Shown here: positions 1-5,300 of the stretch, piece after piece
How the letters are laid out: every line of letters starts with the position of its first letter
How positions within the stretch are numbered: position 1 is the stretch's first letter
Assembly: GCA_046497275.1 (NCBI GenBank)
Contig: JAWOFX010000045.1
Location: forward strand, 1 to 5,300
DNA from: Promethearchaeia archaeon
Lineage (GTDB): Archaea; Asgardarchaeota; Lokiarchaeia; Sigyniarchaeales; SOKP01
Reading direction: 5' to 3'
Length of the DNA: 5,300 bases
Program-made: the position numbers and the translations under genes
Notes under the pieces: generated by a model
Database searches by the model: none
Seen by the model: the letters and a program-made list of their open reading frames with translations, nothing else
What the model was told of the DNA's origin: nothing

Positions 1-270
1 ACCTGTCAACAAAAAAGCCAAAAGGTATTCATAGGCATGCTGTTTTCCGCCCGCGACGAGATATACCAACCTGGAAAAAAGGGGGAAAATGGGGGGGAAC
101 TCAACCCAATGATCCAGGAAGGGCCAACCCAGATCCGCTATGTGATAAAAATTCCAATAATCTCCATACCCCCGAACCCCTTCCAGGGGGATGGATAGAA
201 ACAACACCAATCGCGTGAGGGCAAATAAGAACCAAACATTATTTTTAAATTGTTTTTCGCCCATTCGCAT
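1..270 (-). CDS. Partial CDS (N-terminal 90 aa, runs off the window's left edge): GT-C-fold membrane glycosyltransferase, GT87/DUF2029-like
   Basis: Not in the supplied track; translated by hand from ATG 270 with no stop to position 1: MRMGEKQFKNNVWFLFALTRLVLFLSIPLEGVRGYGDYWNFYHIADLGWPFLDHWVEFPPIFPLFSRLVYLVAGGKQHAYEYLLAFLLTG. One N-terminal TM helix, then a loop with a conserved-type Asp (GYGDYWNFY), then G.P..D.W.EFPP, matching the D...Y......G.PY.D...EYPP pattern of GT87-like/PIG-M-like GT-C enzymes. It starts 6 nt after the upstream stop. An alternative start, ATG 264, has GGGA (275-272) 7 nt upstream. Confidence 0.85.
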   Translation of the reverse strand, partial: MRMGEKQFKNNVWFLFALTRLVLFLSIPLEGVRGYGDYWNFYHIADLGWPFLDHWVEFPPIFPLFSRLVYLVAGGKQHAYEYLLAFLLTG

Positions 271-276
271 ATCCCA

Positions 277-1950
277 TCACTCAATATTTGATGGATACTT
301 ATACCCGTATCCGTCTAATGCATACTTGAAAATTATGATCTTTTCATTTTCAAATTTAATTTCATAATTGGTGTTATCAACGAAGTCATCTGCCTTAACA
401 TTCATAACATTTTTATCCCCGAGCATCAAATAGTCGAAATCTATTTTATATTTATTCGCCCAACTTTCTACACATTCAGAACCTTGCTGTTCACAAAAAC
501 GTAATTCGGAATATCTATTCACTCTCTTTATAAATTCGCTTGGTATCCACTCATATCCTTGTACAGTTGTTACGCTTACTCTATCAGTAATAGCAGGCAA
601 CCACTCTGCTAGAAAGTCATCCCACCAAAATCTACTCACTTCACTCGAAGGATATAACAATATATTTGCCTCTTTATCAGTATGTTCACAAATCCAATTC
701 ATCGCTTGTATATCTTCCTTCTCTAACTGAAGGTTGATTTTTCCATTGACATACTTATACGTATAACTTCCTAAAAATAGATATACTATTAAAAATAAAA
801 AAAAGGCCCGAGCTCTTTTGCTTGTCATTAGCCTATTTGCTGTTGATACTTCTTTTCTATCAGAAACCCAAAATCCCAGTATAGCCTTCAGACCAAGAGT
901 AGCTAGAATTGCCAAGTATATGGTCAACAAATCAACCCCACCTCTTGGAATAAAGCAATAACCTAAAATAATTGCCGAAATTAAAAAAACAGAATGTTTG
1001 TGACCAAAATTGAAGGCTCCAATCAATGCTAACACTCCAATTATTGATAAATAATATGGGTTTTCAAACCCAAAATTTAGAGTGATTAAATTCTTGATTT
1101 CAAACCAATGAACATGTCCAGTACTTAAAGCACTTAAAAACGGACTCAATCCATGTTTAGTTAATATCGTCAGTGCCCAAGGTGAAATTATTAACACGGT
1201 GAGTATCCCAAATTTTGAGCAATAATAAAAATTTTGTTTCCGGTCTTGAAAATAAATCAATCCCATAAATACATTAAATATTAAAAACAATGAAGTTACT
1301 GGGTGTGACAACAAAGTGAGACCTGAAAATATTGCAGCCAAAAATATGTTTCCTCTCTGTTTTTGGTTTAAGAATATTATTAATATATATTTGATTGCAA
1401 TTATGGAGAACAAAAATCCAAACGAACGAGTAACTCCCCCTCCCATCACAAACCACTCAAATGACCTAGGGGTCAATGCGAAAAAAAGGGTCGATAATGA
1501 CTGATAAAACCTATTATCAAACCACAATTTAGAGAACAAGAAAAAGACAATTATTGTTACAGTGCTAATGACAGCAGGCATGAAATGAAATAGTATAAAA
1601 AGTTTAACATTTGATATTTTGTGTAATAATCCAACTATATAAAAAGTCAATGGTGGATAAGCATAAGGGATATTCCCTTGATTGTATTCCGTGAACTTAG
1701 GGATTTTAAATTTATTTTTTACCAAATCTTCTGTCATCTGGTAAAAAAATCCCCCGTCATTCATTGGGAATTCTGTACCATTAATAAAGTTGAAACGAAC
1801 TGCCGCCCCAAGAATTAATGCTAGAAACAAAATGGTGTAAATCAATAAATTCTCATCATCCACATTATCAATTTTGTGTCCAAGGATCTTCTTCATCAAT
1901 AAGTCCCTATATATATAAAGGAGAGAACGTAATTTGTTATGTTCAGTCAC
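277..1950 (-). CDS. Polytopic GT-C-fold glycosyltransferase (ArnT/PMT GT39/GT83-like TM region) with an STT3/PglB-like extracytoplasmic C-terminal domain
   Basis: 557-aa ORF with roughly 10-12 hydrophobic segments up to about residue 395. First external loop FPMNDGGFFYQMTEDL (D65), then YAYPPL, PRSFEWFVMGGGVTRSFG and LTLLSHP. Soluble tail has AMNWICEHT...RFWWDDFLAEWLPAITDRVSV and ends in Y.IKFENEKIIIFK. Position 1950 is a GTG overlapping the upstream TGA (GTGA). ATG 1896 (M19), with AGGGA 7 nt upstream, is an equally or more plausible start. CDS is near certain; exact family is moderate. Confidence 0.85.
   Translation of the reverse strand: MTEHNKLRSLLYIYRDLLMKKILGHKIDNVDDENLLIYTILFLALILGAAVRFNFINGTEFPMNDGGFFYQMTEDLVKNKFKIPKFTEYNQGNIPYAYPPLTFYIVGLLHKISNVKLFILFHFMPAVISTVTIIVFFLFSKLWFDNRFYQSLSTLFFALTPRSFEWFVMGGGVTRSFGFLFSIIAIKYILIIFLNQKQRGNIFLAAIFSGLTLLSHPVTSLFLIFNVFMGLIYFQDRKQNFYYCSKFGILTVLIISPWALTILTKHGLSPFLSALSTGHVHWFEIKNLITLNFGFENPYYLSIIGVLALIGAFNFGHKHSVFLISAIILGYCFIPRGGVDLLTIYLAILATLGLKAILGFWVSDRKEVSTANRLMTSKRARAFFLFLIVYLFLGSYTYKYVNGKINLQLEKEDIQAMNWICEHTDKEANILLYPSSEVSRFWWDDFLAEWLPAITDRVSVTTVQGYEWIPSEFIKRVNRYSELRFCEQQGSECVESWANKYKIDFDYLMLGDKNVMNVKADDFVDNTNYEIKFENEKIIIFKYALDGYGYKYPSNIE
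1904..1908 (-). promoter_or_regulatory. Putative ribosome-binding site (AGGGA) for ATG at 1896
   Basis: Minus strand reads tatAGGGActtattgATG, a 7-nt spacer. Similar GGGA motifs precede ATG 4517 (5-nt spacer) and ATG 264 (7-nt spacer). Confidence 0.45.
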
Positions 1951-4517
1951 TCAACAAAAGACTCTTTATCACATTCATTACCATCGAAATCCTCTAAACA
2001 TTCTAATTGCATGAATTTAGCATGTATTTCTTGATCACCTGGGTAGTTTTCAAGAAGTTTCGAATAATAACAGGCCGCGCGGACACATGATTTGCTTTCA
2101 ATATTATTACCCACTATGTTTATAGGATCATAAAAATCGTCATAGGTTCTAATTATCGACGAACAGAGTGTATCTCCAATCTCCATATGCCATCGAGAAG
2201 CAATCCAATGGGAATTATATGAAGGTTTTTCAGTTTTATTAACAAGCTTTTCATATACAGCTAGCTCCAAATCCATATTATCTTTAGCGCGGAACAATTC
2301 TCCTAACATCCAATATGTTCTTGGAGACCCCCCTAAATGATGGCTTATATTCAAGGATTTTTCCCCTTCCTTTAGAGCCCCCCCCTTTAACATCAATTCT
2401 CCTTTTAATTCCCACCCTCGATATTGTCTAGGGTTATATTCAACAACAGAATCAACAATATTCATTGCCAATTGATCATTCCCTAAATCTTTCATCAACA
2501 AAGATTTTATATATAGAGCATCACTACTCTTCGGGTGTTCGCCTAAGTACTCGTTCAAAGTAAACCGTGATTCCTCAAAACGATTTGAATAATAATATAA
2601 CTTACCTAATTGAAGTAACATATCACTTTCTTCCGCTTTCTTGATTTTTTCCTCTGCCTTATCTATGGCTGGAGTCAATATTTGTTTTCGATAATCGTCT
2701 TTCTGCCAATAAGGCGAATCTATCCAAGCAGGCCGAAGTGCCAAACATGTTGCATAATTATCGATTGAATATGTTTGATTATCTAACCAAAAGTAATATT
2801 CCCCAAGTTTGCAATAATATTGAGCATTTTTCGGATCATATTTTGTAGCCTTCTCCATTTCTTCAGCTGCCATCTGATATTCATTTAATTCAGCCCACAG
2901 TGAGGCTACATTAAAATGTTCCAAAGCCCATCCATTGTAATATTCTAAAGGACTAGAATAGTGAGATATGGCTTCTCTGACATATTCTTTGTTTTCACAT
3001 GCTTTTTGCCCGACAACAAAAGCTAACGCATGGTGATAATAAATAAAATTCTGATCGCGTTTGATCGCTTCTCTCAAATGCGTTTCAGCACTATTCCAAT
3101 TTCTCGCGTTTACAGCATTTCTCGCTAAGTAATAAGGTTGAAGTTTCCATACATCCCATATCCCGATTATCATAAATATGCTTGCAATACCGGAGAGAAT
3201 AATTAAAACCGTTTTCCGCTTCTTCGCTAACTTTATTTTTTCAATTGGGATAATGCCAACCATAAAAAATATTAACAATAACACTATATTTGGGCTATAT
3301 AACATCGTTGACATGACTCCCATACCCAAAAAGCCAGAAATAGATATCAATCCAAGTTTGTAAAAAAGTCGCTCGTTATTCTTCTCGTCAACTATCAAAT
3401 TATGATATTCATTCATAAAAATACCAAAAGTAATTAAACCTGCAAGTCCAAATTGACTAGAAAAATGTAATAAATCATTATGCGCCACGTGGAGAATCGC
3501 CGAACAATACTCTGGATTTCGAAATTTCAAAAAATTTTCTCCAAATGTTTCAAGCCCTGCCCCAAAAATAGGGTTATTTTTTACTATCTTTAATGCGGTT
3601 AGCCACGCTTGATACCTACAAAGCATACTTTTCTCGAAGAAACTAAATCCCCTGGATACAAATACAAAACCCAATATTCCAAGAAAAATCAAAAAACAAG
3701 AAATCACAAAAGTATGCTTCCTAAGTGCATTTTTGGTTATAAACCCTAACAATTCATCTTTATATATATAGGTTGCGGCAACCAAGGAAACAAAAAGACC
3801 GATCATTCCGCTCCGTGATTTGGTAAGAAAAAAAATGAGAAGTGAGATAACAGAGACTAACACTATCACGATTTTAATTATCACATTATCTGTTTTTTTG
3901 TATCGAAACACAAAAAGTGGAAAAACCATTAAAAAATATCCGGCCGATATTGTTGTGTGTAAGTGAGCAATATTCGGCATGCGTGGCATTACTTTGAGAA
4001 CATAGACAGGTTTTAATAAAATTTCTGACACTGATATCTGATATACCCCCAGCCAATAAAAAATAAAATATAAACCAAATAATGCAACAATTCCGTTTAC
4101 CATTAATATTGCATCTATAAATCCCTTCCAAATATTCTCGCGTGCCCTAATATCTATGAATATAAATGCCAGAAAAATATAAGCCCCAACGCCAATTAAT
4201 TTTTCAACGCTTAAACTGAAATTTTCTGAAAAAGCGGTGGATATCCCTATTGTGATCAGGAAAGGTATGAGGTATAACTCTGCACCAGTCAAATATACCT
4301 TATTACTGAATAACCATTTGCACATCAGCCAAACAATAACAATAATCATCAATATAATCAAACTCTGAACATATGAGGGATAATGATGATTTGTAGCTAA
4401 CCAGGTACCACCTACAAACCGAACATACAATAATCCCGGTAGAAAGATTATTGTAGCAATCAAAGATAATAATTTATTTGTTAATTTCAGTGGCAGTATT
4501 TTGGCTGAATTATTCAT
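1947..4517 (-). CDS. O-antigen ligase family (Wzy_C; WaaL/O-oligosaccharyltransferase-like) membrane protein with C-terminal tetratricopeptide repeats
   Basis: 856 aa; about 12 TM segments in residues 1-458. Wzy_C motifs: FLTKSRSGMIG (R235), SMLCRYQAWLTALKIVKNNPIFGAGLETF (R301) and HVAHNDLLHFSSQFGLAGL (H346). Residues ~460-780 contain TPR-like units, e.g. AEEMEKATKYDPKNAQYYCKLGEYY, LLQLGKLYYYSNRFEES, EHPKSSDALYIKSLLM, EYNPRQYRGWELKGEL, SPRTYWMLGELF. An in-frame TGA at 4541-4539 with no earlier ATG supports ATG 4517; GGGA lies 5 nt upstream. Confidence 0.92.
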   Translation of the reverse strand: MNNSAKILPLKLTNKLLSLIATIIFLPGLLYVRFVGGTWLATNHHYPSYVQSLIILMIIVIVWLMCKWLFSNKVYLTGAELYLIPFLITIGISTAFSENFSLSVEKLIGVGAYIFLAFIFIDIRARENIWKGFIDAILMVNGIVALFGLYFIFYWLGVYQISVSEILLKPVYVLKVMPRMPNIAHLHTTISAGYFLMVFPLFVFRYKKTDNVIIKIVIVLVSVISLLIFFLTKSRSGMIGLFVSLVAATYIYKDELLGFITKNALRKHTFVISCFLIFLGILGFVFVSRGFSFFEKSMLCRYQAWLTALKIVKNNPIFGAGLETFGENFLKFRNPEYCSAILHVAHNDLLHFSSQFGLAGLITFGIFMNEYHNLIVDEKNNERLFYKLGLISISGFLGMGVMSTMLYSPNIVLLLIFFMVGIIPIEKIKLAKKRKTVLIILSGIASIFMIIGIWDVWKLQPYYLARNAVNARNWNSAETHLREAIKRDQNFIYYHHALAFVVGQKACENKEYVREAISHYSSPLEYYNGWALEHFNVASLWAELNEYQMAAEEMEKATKYDPKNAQYYCKLGEYYFWLDNQTYSIDNYATCLALRPAWIDSPYWQKDDYRKQILTPAIDKAEEKIKKAEESDMLLQLGKLYYYSNRFEESRFTLNEYLGEHPKSSDALYIKSLLMKDLGNDQLAMNIVDSVVEYNPRQYRGWELKGELMLKGGALKEGEKSLNISHHLGGSPRTYWMLGELFRAKDNMDLELAVYEKLVNKTEKPSYNSHWIASRWHMEIGDTLCSSIIRTYDDFYDPINIVGNNIESKSCVRAACYYSKLLENYPGDQEIHAKFMQLECLEDFDGNECDKESFVE
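2378..2385 (-). repeat. G8 homopolymer tract (C8 on + strand) within the TPR region of the 856-aa gene
   Basis: Coding strand reads AAG GGG GGG GCT (K711-G712-G713-A714). It is the longest G/C run in the window and sits in an AT-rich gene. Confidence 0.9.
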
Positions 4518-4704
4518 AACATTCCCATTGATTGTTTCTCAATAATTTTCGGGTACATAATTCAATATCCATAAACTAAAAATTTAAGTTCTATTTACAT
4601 TAGAAAAAACTTCATTTGGATTGCAAAAATTTTTAGGCCGACAACTTTTCTATTAAAAATTAATGCATAAAGAATTATTTCTCTACCTGATTTTTGGGAT
4701 ATTA
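4518..4704 (-). promoter_or_regulatory. AT-rich 187-bp intergenic spacer, probable promoter region for the two central genes
   Basis: The only sizeable non-coding gap in the window; 25/120 G+C over 4561-4680, with several A/T tracts. I could not identify a convincing -35/-10 pair or a GC-stem/U-tract terminator, so the promoter role is inferred from position only. Confidence 0.35.
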
Positions 4705-5298
4705 TCAATCTACATTCCTTACAATAATGATGAGATAGACCAAAGAGGGGATGATCGCCAACCATTTCAAGGCTTGCCACCTGCCGATGATGAACAAAAA
4801 CCCGAGATTTCCCAACCAGGCGATATATCCCACCGGAAGTATAAATAACGCCAACAAATCTGTCTGCTGGAAGTAGGGCAGCGTGAGACTCAAGGCCGCG
4901 ATAAAGAGGATCATACGCTCTATCTTCGTCATGGACATTAACAGCACAGGCAGCCATAGTATCAACGAAACGGGACCTATCCACTGCCAAAGCGAGATAT
5001 TACCCAGCGTGTTCGGCGGAGAGGTCCTTATGGTCTCTAAGATTGAGAGCGGCCAGGTTGGATAGATGAGGAAAGTGAGTAGGTTGGCAAGCAAGGGCAC
5101 CAGGCTGATCTTAACAGCTTTCACCCACTCCACCCTTTCCAGGATAAATAAAACCAACACCAGGGGAAGTCCAACATGGTATTTTGTGGACGCGATCAAT
5201 AACCCCGCACCAGCCCAAATATACCTCCCTTGCTTCAATCCCCACCAGAATAACCCCAATCCTCCCAGGATGAGCCCTAAAATCTGCCCATAAAAAAG
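4705..5298 (-). CDS. Partial CDS (C-terminal ~197 aa, start lies beyond the right edge): GT87/DUF2029-like GT-C membrane glycosyltransferase
   Basis: The track's 5259 start is an internal TTG; the frame stays open to the window edge (LFYGQILGLILGGLGLFWW...). Motifs L..GQ, GRYIWAGAGLLIASTKYHVGLPL (conserved Lys) and PYFQQTDLLAL (PY...(Y)DL type) are typical of GT87/DUF2029 proteins. Very hydrophobic. Ends with a TGA TAA double stop. Confidence 0.82.
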   Translation of the reverse strand, partial: LFYGQILGLILGGLGLFWWGLKQGRYIWAGAGLLIASTKYHVGLPLVLVLFILERVEWVKAVKISLVPLLANLLTFLIYPTWPLSILETIRTSPPNTLGNISLWQWIGPVSLILWLPVLLMSMTKIERMILFIAALSLTLPYFQQTDLLALFILPVGYIAWLGNLGFLFIIGRWQALKWLAIIPSLVYLIIIVRNVD

Positions 5299-5300
5299 AA

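Larger units (their letters stand above)
271..4704. other. Low-GC two-gene segment embedded between higher-GC genes
   Basis: Hand counts of G+C: 114/240 (47.5%) for 1-240; 271/540 (50%) for 4741-5280; 111/360 (31%) over six sampled 60-nt lines in the interior (starting 301, 781, 1321, 2521, 3241, 4021). Confidence 0.75.

Noticed and set aside
75-123. A6-G5-A4-T-G7 run as a phase-variable tract or G-quadruplex
   Set aside because: On the coding strand it encodes the conserved E-F-P-P-I-F-P motif, where Pro and Phe codons force C and T runs, in a ~48% GC gene. The fourth G-run is far away.
1274-1504. Track ORFs 1274..1456 (-) and 1316..1504 (+)
   Set aside because: Short frames fully inside the 557-aa gene (alternate frame or antisense); no recognisable motifs.
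797-3835. A7-A8 tracts (e.g. 797-804, 3828-3835) as slippage sites
   Set aside because: They encode Phe/Leu-rich TM segments in AT-rich genes, where such runs are expected.
3178-4131. Track ORFs 3178..3363 (+) and 3886..4131 (-)
   Set aside because: Shadow frames within the well-supported 856-aa gene; no independent RBS or domain signal.
4574-4590. Imperfect palindrome AACTAAAA-A-TTTAAGTT and AAAAATTTTT (4625-4634) in the spacer as operator sites
   Set aside because: Such near-palindromes are expected by chance in ~21% GC DNA, and no regulator gene or second copy is present.
4595-4704. Rho-independent terminator after the GT87-like gene or a sigma70 promoter in the spacer
   Set aside because: No GC-rich stem followed by a U-tract. 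The best promoter candidate (TTGCAA-17/18-TAATGT-like) has a poor -10 box.
5257-5259. TTG at 5259 as the start of the 184-aa ORF
   Set aside because: The frame is open upstream to the window edge and includes the conserved GQ motif, so the true start lies outside the window.
4595-5293. Track ORFs 4595..4990 (-), 4663..4848 (+), 4883..5065 (+), 5066..5293 (+)
   Set aside because: They overlap the GT87-like gene in another frame or antisense; the GT87-like frame has the family motifs and explains the sequence.
1-5300. CRISPR arrays, tRNA/rRNA, IS elements, integron attC sites
   Set aside because: No regularly spaced repeats, RNA-gene signatures or transposase/integrase frames; about 96% of the window is accounted for by the four CDSs.

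Overview
The window holds four co-directional minus-strand genes, all encoding polytopic membrane proteins with features of GT-C-fold (lipid-linked sugar donor) transferases. In transcription order they are: (1) the 3' part of a GT87/DUF2029-like protein (>5298..4705); (2) an 856-aa O-antigen-ligase (Wzy_C/WaaL/O-OTase) family protein fused to a ~400-aa TPR-rich, Cys-bearing C-terminal domain (4517..1947); (3) a 557-aa GT-C protein, annotatable as ArnT/PMT-like, that carries PglB/STT3-like signatures, an N-terminal NDG and a C-terminal W..T...WWD...R (1950..277); and (4) the 5' part of another GT87-like protein missing from the supplied ORF track (270..<1). The two central genes and their upstream spacer are AT-rich (~31% GC in hand-counted sample lines). 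The flanking genes are ~48-50% GC, which suggests a swapped-in two-gene cassette inside a cell-surface glycosylation locus. A G8 tract in the ligase-TPR gene is a candidate phase-variation site. I see no RNA genes, CRISPR arrays or transposases. All family assignments come from motif recognition by eye, not database searches. A Chloroflexota (Anaerolineae)-type origin is only an impression.
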